DNA of 64,000 nt from Deinococcales bacterium (GTDB taxonomy: Bacteria; Deinococcota; Deinococci; Deinococcales; JAAFIG01), in assembly GCA_043778225.1 (NCBI GenBank), contig JAYWGM010000048.1, forward strand, positions 25,238 through 89,237, given 5' to 3'. Position numbers and translations under genes: made by a program. How positions within the stretch are numbered: position 1 is the stretch's first letter; every line of letters starts with the position of its first letter. This document shows positions 19,213 to 29,257 of the stretch, one piece after another. The notes below the pieces were generated by a model. It made no database searches. It was not told where the DNA came from and saw nothing but the letters and a program-made list of their open reading frames with translations.

Positions 19213-19268
19213 ACAGTACAAAGTAGAGCGTAAATTGGGCGTAAACTCGAGAATTCTCGAGTTTACGC
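19213..19268 (-). promoter_or_regulatory. Putative SARP/AfsR-type operator-promoter of the RCC1 lipoprotein
   Basis: TTTACGC direct repeats with 11-bp period (19228-34, 19239-45), 9 nt upstream of -10 TACTGT (19213-18); 30-bp perfect palindrome 19239-19268. Confidence 0.55.
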
Positions 19269-19337
19269 TCTGGGTTCTTGTTGCATTCTCAAAAACAGCA
19301 CTTAGGTTTACTCGAGAAATTTGTCTATAATGAATCC

Positions 19338-22181
19338 ATGCACTTGAGGACGTTGGGCAAACTGGCTTTGGATTCCGTGGAATTTCCACGCCCCAAGCTG
19401 TTGTTGCTCCTTTCGTACTTGGCTATCGAAGGCAGCAAAGAAAAACGTCATTTGTACGAATTGTTTTGGTCTGGTGCAAGCGACCCTGCTACCAGTTTAC
19501 GGATGGCTTTGGGGCAGTTTCGCAAAGTTGCCCCCGATTTGGTGGTTACGGATGAACGCACTGTGTCTACAAAAGTCGCGCATGACCTGACCGAATTGCA
19601 AAGTATTATTGCCCAGCACGACCCGAACAAGCTCGAGGCGTTTTATACGGGCGAGTTTTTGCAGGGGTTTTCCTTGCCCGATTGGAGTTCCGAACTCGAG
19701 GAATGGGTTTATAGCACCCGTGAGTTTGTGGCGCGGGGGGTGCGGGGTGCTTACCTTCGTGCTGCCGAACAACACGCAAACCAAGGTGCGTTTTTTGCGG
19801 CTGTACAGTGGGCAGAAAAAGCCTTTTGTTTGGGCAAGCAAGACGACCTATCGCCAGAAGACCTCGAGCGTTTGTACCCGTTGCTGCTGGCAGGGGACAG
19901 TTCGCTTTGTAGCCAAGCCAAGAAGCTGATTAACGTGTTTGGTCTCGAGCTTAGCCAGACTCGAGACCAAGCCCAAGCGCGTTTTTTTTCGGCATCTACT
20001 CGCCCAGAAACCAAATCCGAAGGTACACCTCACAATTTGCCTCGAGCCAAGACTTCATTTGTTGGGCGTGACCCCGAGTTGGTCGAGTTGGGGCAATTGC
20101 TTTCCCAACGCGAAGTGCTGCTGATTACCCTCTTGGGGATGGGCGGCATTGGCAAGACCCGCCTTGCCTTGCAATTGGCAAGCCAACAGGTACAAGAGCA
20201 GAATTTTCCCGATGGTGTCTATTTTGTGCCGCTCGAGTCGCTGACTGAAGCCAACCAAATACCCTTAGTTTTAGCCCAAACACTTCATATTACCGTGAAG
20301 GAAAACCCTTTTGCCTCGGTTGCGGTCGGCATAGGCAACCAGAGATTGCTGTTGGTTTTGGATAACTTCGAGCATCTGATGGACGCGGCGCTACTTATTT
20401 CCCAAATGCTGGAGGTATGCCCTCACTTACGGATTGTGGTCACATCGCGCGAACGGCTGCACCTCGAGGAAGAACACGTCATGCCCTTGCAGGGTTTGCC
20501 TTGCCCAAGCCACATTCGTTTTGCCGAAAGCGAGTATGTGGATGCGATTCGGCTTTTTGTGCAACGTGCCAAACGAGCGCGGCTGGACTTTGAGCTAACG
20601 AAGGAAAACCTGCCGCAAGTCCTCGAGATTTGCCGTTTGGTCGAAGGTTCACCTCTGGGCATCGAATTGGCAGCCGTTTGGTTGGGTTCGTTATCCTTAA
20701 CCCAGATTGCCCGGGAGATTGGTCAGAACATTGGGTTGCTCGAGACCAACAGCCGCAATATTGTCGGTCGGCATCAAAGTATCCAAGCCGTTTTTGAACA
20801 CTCTTGGCAGCTCTTAAAACCCAAAGAGCAACGCATTCTTGCTCAACTTTCGGTTTTTCGTGGTGGGTTTACCCGTCTGGCTGCCTCGAGCGTGTCGGAC
20901 TCCAATTTGGCGCTGCTGTCTGGACTGGTTAATAAATCGGTGCTGCGCCTAGATGACCCCCAAGGACGGTACGATTTTCACCCTTTGCTGCTCGAGTATG
21001 CCAGTCAAAAGTTGGTCGGGTTGGGCGAGGTTACCCGCCAACAGCACGCGCAGTATTTTCTCGAGTTGGTCAAAGCCAGCCAGGATAATTTGCAAGCCCA
21101 AATCAAATGTTGCCAACAAGAATACGAAAACTTGCTGGCTGCCTTGGCTTGGTCACAAGAAAATCATCAGGGGATGTTTGGCTTGCAGTTGGGCTTGCTG
21201 CTTGGTGCTTTGTGGCAATCTCAGGGTTATAGCTCTGAAGGCATTCATTGGCTCAGAACTGTGCTGTCACATCCAGACGCAGCCACCGCCAGCGTCGAAC
21301 GGGTTCAAGCCTTACTTTTGCTTTCACGCATTGCTTCGCTGCACAGTGAACACCAACGGCTGGCGCTTGAGTCTGGCAAAGAAGGGCTAAGACTGGCTCA
21401 AATCCTCGAAGCCGACGAACAGATTGTCCAAGCCTACTTGCGTTTGAGTCTGGTGGCACAAAAGCAACAAGACTGGACTGCCATGCAGGAGTACGGACAG
21501 GCGGGTCTGTCCTTGGCACGGCAACTCGAGCATCCAAAACTGACCGCCAATGCACTTTGGATTGTTGGTGGTAATTTGGCAATCATCACTGGTGATTATG
21601 TGGGCGGACGCAAGTACCTTGAAGAAAGCCTGAGCCTCAATCGTCACTTCGGCTCACGCCTTGACATTGGGTTATCGCTCAACAATTTGGGCTTTTTGGT
21701 GTTTTTGCTCGGCGACTTGCAGGCTGCCAAAACCTATCTCGAGGAATCACTGCACATTGCTCAGGACTTGCCCGACCACTATCTGACAAGCGTTGCCCAA
21801 GATAGCTTGAGCGCTGTGATGCAAGACCTTGGCGAACTCGAATCGGCACGTTTACTGGTAGAACAATCGCTGCAATACAGTTGGCAAATCAAAAACACCA
21901 TGAACATTCACAATGCGCTCGAGAACTTTGCCAGTCTGGCTGCACTGCAAGGGCAACCAAAACGCGCCATTCAGTTGTGGGGCGCAGCCGAACGCTTCCA
22001 ACCGCAAGACAACTCGCGCATTACCATGCTCTGGCATGAACGCAATAAACGATTCATGTCCATGACCAGAGACCAACTGGGTGACATCAGCTTTCAAGCC
22101 CACTGGAAGACTGGCAAAGTCATGAAGCTCGAGGATGCGGTGCGTTTCGCGCTCAAAGTGACAGCCTTGGTTGCCGACTAA
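19338..22181 (+). CDS. AfsR/SARP-like transcriptional regulator: wHTH/BTAD + NB-ARC (STAND) ATPase + TPR
   Basis: LRTLGKL..LLLLSYLA, YTGEFLQG, HNLP..SFVGR, GMGGIGKTRLA, LLVLDNFEH, VTSRERL, EGSPLGIELAA, TPR repeats; ATG 6 nt after TATAAT. Confidence 0.9.
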   Translation: MHLRTLGKLALDSVEFPRPKLLLLLSYLAIEGSKEKRHLYELFWSGASDPATSLRMALGQFRKVAPDLVVTDERTVSTKVAHDLTELQSIIAQHDPNKLEAFYTGEFLQGFSLPDWSSELEEWVYSTREFVARGVRGAYLRAAEQHANQGAFFAAVQWAEKAFCLGKQDDLSPEDLERLYPLLLAGDSSLCSQAKKLINVFGLELSQTRDQAQARFFSASTRPETKSEGTPHNLPRAKTSFVGRDPELVELGQLLSQREVLLITLLGMGGIGKTRLALQLASQQVQEQNFPDGVYFVPLESLTEANQIPLVLAQTLHITVKENPFASVAVGIGNQRLLLVLDNFEHLMDAALLISQMLEVCPHLRIVVTSRERLHLEEEHVMPLQGLPCPSHIRFAESEYVDAIRLFVQRAKRARLDFELTKENLPQVLEICRLVEGSPLGIELAAVWLGSLSLTQIAREIGQNIGLLETNSRNIVGRHQSIQAVFEHSWQLLKPKEQRILAQLSVFRGGFTRLAASSVSDSNLALLSGLVNKSVLRLDDPQGRYDFHPLLLEYASQKLVGLGEVTRQQHAQYFLELVKASQDNLQAQIKCCQQEYENLLAALAWSQENHQGMFGLQLGLLLGALWQSQGYSSEGIHWLRTVLSHPDAATASVERVQALLLLSRIASLHSEHQRLALESGKEGLRLAQILEADEQIVQAYLRLSLVAQKQQDWTAMQEYGQAGLSLARQLEHPKLTANALWIVGGNLAIITGDYVGGRKYLEESLSLNRHFGSRLDIGLSLNNLGFLVFLLGDLQAAKTYLEESLHIAQDLPDHYLTSVAQDSLSAVMQDLGELESARLLVEQSLQYSWQIKNTMNIHNALENFASLAALQGQPKRAIQLWGAAERFQPQDNSRITMLWHERNKRFMSMTRDQLGDISFQAHWKTGKVMKLEDAVRFALKVTALVAD

Positions 22182-22234
22182 AGAGCGCCTTACCCTTGGT
22201 TTTGTGCCATCAAAGCCGTTACACTGCAAACCAG

Positions 22235-23314
22235 ATGAATCATTCTTATTTCGATTTTCTACCGCTTCAAAACGGTGCGTTGACCAAACCCGGCTTACCG
22301 AGTTTCCCGTGGTTAGAACTCAGTCAAGTGCTGCTGCTCGAGGCGCTAGAAAAAGAAAAACTGGGTTCAGTCATGGATTTATCGGCTCGAGGTGGGGCGG
22401 TGGCTTTGGCATTGGCAGCCAATGGCGCAAAAGTGATGGTCTCGGATTCAAGCGCGGCGGCTTTATCGTGCTTGGCTAAAACTGCTTTAGAAATTGGCAT
22501 ACAAGAAAATGCTGATACTGTGATTGCCATTTTGAATGGTGAACGTGGCAATGCTCGGGTGATGCACACGATTCTCGAGTCGTGGCATTGTTGCAAAGCT
22601 GGTGGAACAGTTTTTCTGGCAGGCGATAAAGACAAAGGTTTTGAGCGTTACTTGAAGCAAGCCAAAACCATTTTTGGGGCTGGCGAAATTATTGCTCGAG
22701 GTAAAGGTTTTCGGGTGGCGAAACTCGAGAAAACGCTGCTTGAAATTCCAGAAGCACTCGAGCCACTCATCTTTGCTGTCGAAGCTCGGGGGCAGACGCT
22801 CCAAGCTGTGGCGCACGCCGGTACGTTTGCTTCGGGTAAACTCGATGCGGCGAGTGCCTTATTGCTCGAGCATTTGCCAAGTGGGGCTGGTCGGATGGTG
22901 CTGGACATTGGCGCGGGTTATGGGGTGCTGTCTGGGTTCTTAGCCCTTGAGGGCGCAAAGATTAGTCTGCTCGAGGATGATGCCTTGAGTGTCCAAAGTT
23001 GCACCGACACGCTTAAAGCCAATGGTTTGACTGGCACAGTGCTGCATTCAGATGTGGATTCGGCACTCGAGAAAACTGCCAAGTTCGATTTGATTGTTAT
23101 GAATCCACCATTTCATGTCGGTAAGGAAATGCGAATAGATGTGGCGCTCGAGTTTATCGCGGCTGCTAAACGTCATGCCACGAAAAACACCGAGATTTTC
23201 TTGGTTGCCAATCACTTTTTGCCTTATGAAACACCATTCGCCAGCCTTGGGAAACTCGAGACGGTGGTCAATGCCAAAGGCTTTAAGGTGCTTAAAGTGG
23301 CAATGTCAGGCTGA
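22235..23314 (+). CDS. Class I SAM-dependent methyltransferase (RsmC/MTS-like, two-domain)
   Basis: GTFASGKLDAAS, VLDIGAGYG, MNPPFH, VANHFLPY motifs. Confidence 0.88.
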   Translation: MNHSYFDFLPLQNGALTKPGLPSFPWLELSQVLLLEALEKEKLGSVMDLSARGGAVALALAANGAKVMVSDSSAAALSCLAKTALEIGIQENADTVIAILNGERGNARVMHTILESWHCCKAGGTVFLAGDKDKGFERYLKQAKTIFGAGEIIARGKGFRVAKLEKTLLEIPEALEPLIFAVEARGQTLQAVAHAGTFASGKLDAASALLLEHLPSGAGRMVLDIGAGYGVLSGFLALEGAKISLLEDDALSVQSCTDTLKANGLTGTVLHSDVDSALEKTAKFDLIVMNPPFHVGKEMRIDVALEFIAAAKRHATKNTEIFLVANHFLPYETPFASLGKLETVVNAKGFKVLKVAMSG

Positions 23315-24067
23315 CTGGGTTTTGGCAACCACATCAATGGTTTTGTCATCGTCTTCAAAATCTTCATCATCATCCTCGGCTCGCGTAAATTCTAAATTGT
23401 CAAAGTCAATTTCATCCAAGAAATCTTCGTCGCCACCAATCATAAATTCATAATTCCCCTCACCAACGGTACGGTTTAAGGTATTCATAATTCTGGTGAC
23501 ATTATCGTAAGGTCCGCTGAAAAAAAACGGACGACCGTTCTCGTCACCTGTTGGGATGTCGTCTGTACAATTTTCTGGGTGTGCCTCGCCTAGAATGGGC
23601 ATGGCTTTACGGGCATCTTTATGTGGTTCAAAACCAAGTCCTTTGGCGTAAGCAATCGCAGTCTGAATCATTTTGGCGGCAAAATCAAGGCTGCAAGGCT
23701 GCATGGTTTGGGTTTCGTTAAGCAATTCTAAAAACTCGCCTCTGAATTGGAATTCAGAATCAAAACCTCGAGTCATGGCATTTTTGATTCCCAAACAGCC
23801 AAGGTCTACTAAAAATAAGCCAATTGCCACAACCCCAACAGCATTTTTTCGAGCCACCACCAATTGATTGATTGAACGGTAATCTGCCCAATCTTGATTG
23901 ACCCAACAACCAAGCAGCGACCAAGACCCCGATTGCTTGGCATTGACCCTCGAGACATCTGGAAGGCTTTGAATTTGTTCTTTGCGAGCATTATCTTTTG
24001 CTTTACGGGCATCGCGCCGCGCTTGTTTGGCAAGGGCTTTCTCGAGTTTGGCTGGGTCTTTAGACAT
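23306..24067 (-). CDS. Hypothetical protein with basic N-terminus and acidic C-terminus
   Basis: 253-aa ORF; ATG 6 nt after TATACT; FLVDLGCLGIKNA and GRPFFFSGPYDN blocks. Confidence 0.75.
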   Translation of the reverse strand: MSKDPAKLEKALAKQARRDARKAKDNARKEQIQSLPDVSRVNAKQSGSWSLLGCWVNQDWADYRSINQLVVARKNAVGVVAIGLFLVDLGCLGIKNAMTRGFDSEFQFRGEFLELLNETQTMQPCSLDFAAKMIQTAIAYAKGLGFEPHKDARKAMPILGEAHPENCTDDIPTGDENGRPFFFSGPYDNVTRIMNTLNRTVGEGNYEFMIGGDEDFLDEIDFDNLEFTRAEDDDEDFEDDDKTIDVVAKTQSA

Positions 24068-24081
24068 GAGGTGAGTATAAC

Positions 24082-25086
24082 CTAAACTGTAGCAATGACT
24101 TTGATGGTGTGTTCAATCATTTCGTCGGTAATCTGAAAATGCGTCACCAAGCGCACCAGATTCTCCGCCATGATTCCAGCCCGAACACCCTGGGCTGCCC
24201 ACGCCTCGAGTTTTTCTGGGGCATTCTCGAGCGTAATGTAAACCATGTTGGTCTGAACCCGCTCAAGGTCAATCTTGAAGCCTCGAGCCTCAAGCGTGGT
24301 TGCCAAGTGCATGGCTTGGTGGTGGGTCTGCTCGAGGTGGCTACGGTGATGCCTCAGGGCGTACATTCCAGCAGCCGCGAGGCTGCCCGCTTGGCGCATT
24401 CCACCGCCCAACATTTTTCTGTAGCGGTGGCATTCTTTAATAAACGCCTTTGAACCCGCCACAAGGCTACCGACGGGCGCACCAAGTCCTTTAGATAAAC
24501 ATACAGCAGCGCTATCAAAATGCTTGGTGACTTCGCTTGCTTCGAGTTTTTGGGCTGCCAAGGCGTTCCAGATTCGCGCTCCATCCAAATGCAGTGGAAT
24601 ACCTTCCTCAAGTGAAATTTGACGAATTCCTGCAATCACCTCGAGCGGCAAAACTGTACCACCTGCTCGATTATGGGTGTTCTCGAGTGCGATTAAACCA
24701 CTTGGGCTTTGATGGACACTGCGCCGAATTGCTTTACGCACATCCGACGGGTCTGGTACACCTTGAGGCGCATCAACAAAACGCGGTACAACCCCAGCAA
24801 AAGCCGCCATCATGCCGAGTTCGTACTCGTAAATATGTGCGCCTTGGGTACAAATCACTTCCTGCCCACGTTGGGTGTGGGCTGCTATCGCAATTTGGTT
24901 GGCTTGCACGCCACTGCTGGTAAACAGCGCCGCTTCAAACCCCAGTAAATCTGCCACGTAATCTTGCAACGCATTGACGGTTGGGTCTTCGCCATAAACA
25001 TCGTCGCCAACTGGCGCATCAAACATCACTTGGCGCATCTCGAGGGTCGGCGTGGTAACAGTATCGGAGCGTAAATCTACAATCAT
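24082..25086 (-). CDS. ltaE: Low-specificity L-threonine aldolase
   Basis: [51 protein letters not shown]. Confidence 0.95.
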   Translation of the reverse strand: MIVDLRSDTVTTPTLEMRQVMFDAPVGDDVYGEDPTVNALQDYVADLLGFEAALFTSSGVQANQIAIAAHTQRGQEVICTQGAHIYEYELGMMAAFAGVVPRFVDAPQGVPDPSDVRKAIRRSVHQSPSGLIALENTHNRAGGTVLPLEVIAGIRQISLEEGIPLHLDGARIWNALAAQKLEASEVTKHFDSAAVCLSKGLGAPVGSLVAGSKAFIKECHRYRKMLGGGMRQAGSLAAAGMYALRHHRSHLEQTHHQAMHLATTLEARGFKIDLERVQTNMVYITLENAPEKLEAWAAQGVRAGIMAENLVRLVTHFQITDEMIEHTIKVIATV

Positions 25087-25096
25087 AAAATCCTCT

Positions 25097-25168
25097 GGGT
25101 TAAAAGGTCAAAGGGTTAAAAGGTTAAAAGTTAAACACCCACCTTTTCTACTTTTAACCTTTTAACCC
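25097..25168. repeat. Inverted octamer (GGTYAAAA) arrays forming a long hairpin
   Basis: gggttaaaaggtcaaagggttaaaaggttaaaag ... cttttaaccttttaaccc. Confidence 0.8.
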
Positions 25169-25174
25169 TGCCTT

Positions 25175-25846
25175 TCACCCTACCGTACTCGGGTCAATCC
25201 AACCGCGTTTAATCCCGAACAGCACGGCTTCAGTTCTCGAGCCAACCCCGAGTTTAGAAAAAACATTTGCCAAGTGTACTTGGACTGTGCGCGGCGAAAT
25301 ATCCAAGACCTTGGCGATTTCTTTGTTGGTGCTGCCACTGGCGGCGGCGCGTAAAACCTCGAGTTCTCGAGGTGAAAGCCCTTCGCCGTCAAAGGCAACG
25401 GTCGGTTGTTGCGAAAACCGATTTAAGACTTTTTTGGCGATGCTGGGATGGAGCGCACTTTCACCATGAAAAACTGCCCGAATCGCGTTAATCAGTTCTT
25501 CTTCTCGAGCGTTTTTAAGAATGTACCCTGCTGCTCCAGCCTCGAGCAGCGCAAAGACGTAGGCATCGTCGTCAAAACTGGTTAAGACCAGCACTGCTAC
25601 ACTGGGATGGTGCTGTTTAATTTGCTTGGTCGCATCAATGCCGTTCATGCCGGGCATCGAGACATCCATTAAAATCACATCGGGGCGGGTGGCATTGACA
25701 AAAGCTAAGGCTTCGCGTCCATCGGCGGCTTCGCCAATCACCAGAAAATCGGCGTGAGGCTCGAGCATTTCTTTTGTGCCTTTGCGGACAATGGGATGGT
25801 CGTCTACCAATAAAATCTGGATTTGTCGTTCAATCATTTCTTCCAT
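25175..25846 (-). CDS. NarL/LuxR-family response regulator
   Basis: LVDDH, DVILMD, GYILK receiver; LSPRELEVL..NKEIA..TVQVH HTH; no adjacent kinase. Confidence 0.95.
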   Translation of the reverse strand: MEEMIERQIQILLVDDHPIVRKGTKEMLEPHADFLVIGEAADGREALAFVNATRPDVILMDVSMPGMNGIDATKQIKQHHPSVAVLVLTSFDDDAYVFALLEAGAAGYILKNAREEELINAIRAVFHGESALHPSIAKKVLNRFSQQPTVAFDGEGLSPRELEVLRAAASGSTNKEIAKVLDISPRTVQVHLANVFSKLGVGSRTEAVLFGIKRGWIDPSTVG

Positions 25847-25898
25847 ACGAGATTCTAACCCGTTTCTTAACGGCTCGAGTCGCGTAGAATAGACCAAT

Positions 25899-26300
25899 AT
25901 GAGCCGAACCCCCAAAGCCGAACTCAACGAATTGGCACAAGCCAAGAATACCTCGCTCGAGTTTCAAACCGAACTGCTCGACCCAAACCGTCCCAACGAA
26001 GGGTTTATTAGCGTCGTACAGTGGAATGAAACTGAATATAAAGGTTATGGGCGCAGCAAAAAAGATGCCGAACATGAAGCCGCCCGAATTGCTTTAACCC
26101 AAGTCAGTGAAGGAATAGAAGAAACCGAAGACCAAGAAATGCTCGAGCGCTGGCAAATCTACCCCGAGCTATTGGCGGAGTGTTTACGCATTGCTGCCAA
26201 AACCGATACAAATCTCGAGACCATCCGTGAGAATGCGGTGGCGTTGTATCAGGACTTGTTGCTTGATTTGGGCTATGAACCCGAAGAACTCGAGGGGTAA
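25899..26300 (+). CDS. Stand-alone double-stranded-RNA-binding-motif protein
   Basis: PKAELNELAQ ... F ... GYGRSKKDAEHEAARIAL matches the dsRBM consensus. Confidence 0.8.
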   Translation: MSRTPKAELNELAQAKNTSLEFQTELLDPNRPNEGFISVVQWNETEYKGYGRSKKDAEHEAARIALTQVSEGIEETEDQEMLERWQIYPELLAECLRIAAKTDTNLETIRENAVALYQDLLLDLGYEPEELEG

Positions 26301-26351
26301 AAGGTTCTACTTTTACCCTTTTGACCTTTTCTACTTTTCACCTTTTAACCC
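26299..26351. repeat. Octamer array (TTTTRACC)
   Basis: cttttacccttttgaccttttctacttttcaccttttaaccc. Confidence 0.7.
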
Positions 26352-26354
26352 GCC

Positions 26355-27140
26355 CTAAGAACTCGCACTGGTGTATGAACGCAGCGCAAAACGCCAGAAC
26401 CATCTCGAGGCAGCAAAAAAAACCACGGCTAAAGCCAACGAAATCCAAACCGAATTGGTCTCGAGTTTGCCAACTAGGGCTTGGGCGGGAACAGTCGTGA
26501 TAAAAGCAATTGGAATCACAAAAGTAAAAAAAATGCTCATCCAGCCTGGAAAAACCGTGACTGGAAATTGCCCAGCGCGGTAAAAGCCCCAGAATAATTC
26601 GGTGATGTTCTCGACCCTGACAAACCAAAAAGCCGTGGTTGAGAGGGCAAACCAAATGCTGTAAACCATCAGGTACGCCGAAAGTAAAAGCAGTATTCCG
26701 ATGCACAAATTACCAAGACTGACTCGAGGCTCGAGTTGCAACAATGCCCAAATAACGATTGCTATACCAAGCAAGACATCGGGAAAACGCAGCAAATTGA
26801 TGTTGCGAAAGCTGACCAAAAACTGTGCATCTATCGGTTTAAGCAGCGTAAAATCCATTGTGCCGGTGCGGACACCTTCAGCAATTCGGTTTAAGTTGGG
26901 CGCAAGTGCCATGCTCATCAGACCGTCAAAAAAAGTAAAAATACCCAGCACCACGGCTGCCTCGAGCAACGACCAACCACCCAAGCTACGGCTTGTGCCA
27001 ATCAAAATACTGAGACCCAACAGCGACCCGCCGACCCGCAAAACTGTTTCAATCAGGTTGACCACAAAATTAGCACGATACTCGAGTTGGGTGCTGAGAC
27101 TCGCGCCCATAAAAATAGCAATCAGTCTTGAGTAGCGCAT
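26355..27140 (-). CDS. ABC-2 family transporter permease (DUF990-like)
   Basis: LEYRANF, VRTGTMDFTLLKPID, FPVTVFP, ALRSYTSASS; hydrophobic helices. Confidence 0.88.
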   Translation of the reverse strand: MRYSRLIAIFMGASLSTQLEYRANFVVNLIETVLRVGGSLLGLSILIGTSRSLGGWSLLEAAVVLGIFTFFDGLMSMALAPNLNRIAEGVRTGTMDFTLLKPIDAQFLVSFRNINLLRFPDVLLGIAIVIWALLQLEPRVSLGNLCIGILLLLSAYLMVYSIWFALSTTAFWFVRVENITELFWGFYRAGQFPVTVFPGWMSIFFTFVIPIAFITTVPAQALVGKLETNSVWISLALAVVFFAASRWFWRFALRSYTSASS

Positions 27141-27802
27141 TAACGACGTGAACTGGCTTGTTGTAAGCGGCTGCTCGGTAAAATTGCTGATGGATTAAGG
27201 ATTGTACCACCGCGACGGACTTCAAAATGCAAATGTGGACCACTGCTGTTGCCCGTGCTACCAACCCTCGAGATCATCTGCCCTTGGCGCACCCGTTGCC
27301 CTTTGGAGACCAAACGCCTCGAGTTATGGGCATAGTAATAATCGCGCCCATCTATACCGCGAATTGTAATCAGTTGACCATAGCCAAATACATTCCAACC
27401 CGAAAATGTAACCGTTCCAGAGAGCGCCGCGTAAACTGGTGTGCCGGTTGGGGCAGCCAAATCTAAACCAGCATGACCACTCTTTGGACCTCGGTAGGAA
27501 TAGCGTTGGGTGATTACACCCATCAAAGGCCAGAGCGGGCGCTCGTAGCTACTCGAGACTTGAGCCACTGGACTGCTGCTCGAGCCAGGAAGCTGTAGCA
27601 CTTGCCCAATGCGAATGCGGTCAGCAGAAAGCTGATTGGCAGCCCGCAACCCAGAAAGACTCACTCCATTGCGTCTGGCAATACTCGAGAGCGTATCGCC
27701 TGTGCGAACAGTCACGCTTTGAGCGCTGGCGACTGCGACTAGAGCGGCTGTGGCTAAACCCAGTACAATTTTGCCGAATCGGTTCTTGATAAAATCAATC
27801 AT
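27140..27802 (-). CDS. LysM + M23 peptidase
   Basis: Signal peptide; VRTGDTLSSIA LysM; HAGLD, YAH, GPHLHFEVR. Confidence 0.93.
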   Translation of the reverse strand: MIDFIKNRFGKIVLGLATAALVAVASAQSVTVRTGDTLSSIARRNGVSLSGLRAANQLSADRIRIGQVLQLPGSSSSPVAQVSSSYERPLWPLMGVITQRYSYRGPKSGHAGLDLAAPTGTPVYAALSGTVTFSGWNVFGYGQLITIRGIDGRDYYYAHNSRRLVSKGQRVRQGQMISRVGSTGNSSGPHLHFEVRRGGTILNPSAILPSSRLQQASSRR

Positions 27803-27874
27803 TGCCTAAGGACAGTAGCACACCAGATATAGAGATGGAAGTGCAAATTTCACACGGGCTTCATAACCACGCCC

Positions 27875-27903
27875 TTTACAAATCAAATTGTTTTTGCTAA
27901 GTT
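27875..27903 (+). promoter_or_regulatory. Promoter of rplJ-rplL
   Basis: TTTACA-17 nt-TAAGTT with extended TG. Confidence 0.55.
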
Positions 27904-27969
27904 AGCACGGCTGCCCTAAAAAGCAGCACTTCTCGAGCCTCGCTCGGGACACGGCTTAAAAACCCGTGG

Positions 27970-28060
27970 GCATTGGAGACAGCGGGGGCTGCCGAGCTTA
28001 ATGATCCCGCCGAGATGCGCGCCAACTTAAATTAAAGTGAAGCCGCGTTTTAGAGTTTTT
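27970..28060 (+). ncRNA. Ribosomal protein L10 leader (autogenous control element)
   Basis: GAGACAGCGGG..CTTAAT..CCCGCCGAG core upstream of rplJ; boundaries approximate. Confidence 0.75.
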
Positions 28061-28114
28061 AGTCTGTCAAATGTGGCGTTTTGTCATGTCTGACTACACG
28101 AAGGAGAAAGCAAC

Positions 28115-28612
28115 GTGGCGAACATCCGCAATACCCAAACACTCGCCTCGCTTCGGGTTGCCCTCGAGGGACAGTCGAGCTTTTATATCGTTGATTACCA
28201 AGGTTTACCCAGCAATCAAATCGTCGCTTTGCGTAAGGATTTACGCACGGTCGGCGCTACGATTCTGGTTGCCAAAAATACCCTGATTCACAAAGCCGTA
28301 TCGGAACGTGGTTTCGATATGCGCGATGTTTTTCATGGACCCAGTGCGCTTGTGCTGGTTGGCGAAGACGCGGTTACACCCGTCAAAAAACTGGCAGAAT
28401 TTGCGAAGAAGAACGACAAAGGTATTCCACAAGCCAAAGGTGGAATTCTCGATGGTGAAATGCTCGACGCGAAGAAACTTGAAGCCCTGAGCAGTATGCC
28501 CAGCAAAGACGAATTACGCGCCCAAATCGTGGGTGTACTCTCGAGCAAGCTCTCGGAATTCGTTGGTATCTTGGAAGCAAAAGTCACAAAAGACGAAGGC
28601 GTAGCCGCCTAA
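28115..28612 (+). CDS. rplJ: 50S ribosomal protein L10
   Basis: VDYQGL, LRK, VAKNTL, GPSA, KGG motifs; SD AAGGAG. Confidence 0.96.
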   Translation: MANIRNTQTLASLRVALEGQSSFYIVDYQGLPSNQIVALRKDLRTVGATILVAKNTLIHKAVSERGFDMRDVFHGPSALVLVGEDAVTPVKKLAEFAKKNDKGIPQAKGGILDGEMLDAKKLEALSSMPSKDELRAQIVGVLSSKLSEFVGILEAKVTKDEGVAA

Positions 28613-28651
28613 ACAGCAACGGGCGTATGCGCCTAATCTCGGAGGTAATTT

Positions 28652-29020
28652 ATGGCATTAGATATTGCAAGCATTAAAGAACAACTTTCTGGCGCAACCG
28701 TCCTCGAGCTTAAAAGCCTGATTGACGACCTGAAAGAAACTTGGGGCGTGACCGCCATGGTTGCCGCAGGTCCAGCCGGCGCAGCCGTCGCCGAAGTGGT
28801 CGAAGAGAAAACCGAATTTGACGTTATCTTAAAGAGCATTGACGCAGCCAAGAAAATCGCCGTGATTAAAGAAGTCCGTGCGATTACTGGTTTGGGTCTT
28901 GCCGAAGCCAAAGCCCTAACCGAAAATGGTGGCAACATCAAAGAAGGTATCGGCAAGGACGATGCAGCCAAGCTCAAAAAGCAACTCGAAGACGCTGGTG
29001 CAGTCGTCGAAGTCAAGTAA
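28652..29020 (+). CDS. rplL: 50S ribosomal protein L7/L12
   Basis: [39 protein letters not shown]. Confidence 0.98.
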   Translation: MALDIASIKEQLSGATVLELKSLIDDLKETWGVTAMVAAGPAGAAVAEVVEEKTEFDVILKSIDAAKKIAVIKEVRAITGLGLAEAKALTENGGNIKEGIGKDDAAKLKKQLEDAGAVVEVK

Positions 29021-29055
29021 TTGTGTTACCATACTCGAGAGCTTTCTCGAGTTTT

Positions 29056-29130
29056 GGGCAGATAGCTCAGCGGTAGAGCGGTCGCCTTACAAGCGACTGG
29101 TCGCAGGTTCAATCCCTGTTCTGCCCACCA
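29056..29130 (+). tRNA. tRNA-Val(TAC)
   Basis: Acceptor GGGCAGA/TCTGCCC, D arm TAGCTCAGCGGTAGAGC, anticodon loop CTTACAA, GGTTCAATCC, encoded CCA. Confidence 0.96.
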
Positions 29131-29134
29131 CGCT

Positions 29135-29172
29135 AGAGACGCAGATTTTAAAATCTGCGTCTCTTCTTTTTC
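29135..29172 (+). terminator. Intrinsic terminator after tRNA-Val
   Basis: agagacgcagatttt/aaaatctgcgtctct stem followed by a T tract. Confidence 0.85.
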
Positions 29173-29257
29173 TTGGTTTTACACCCTAACTAATCCAGTA
29201 AAGCCAGTCCAATTAAGCCATTGATTGTTTTAAAACCATCCAAGGTGACAAATCAGT

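Noticed and set aside
22235..23314. Methyltransferase as the DNA methylase for CTCGAG
   Set aside because: Two-domain RsmC/MTS architecture with NPPFH indicates an RNA or small-substrate methyltransferase
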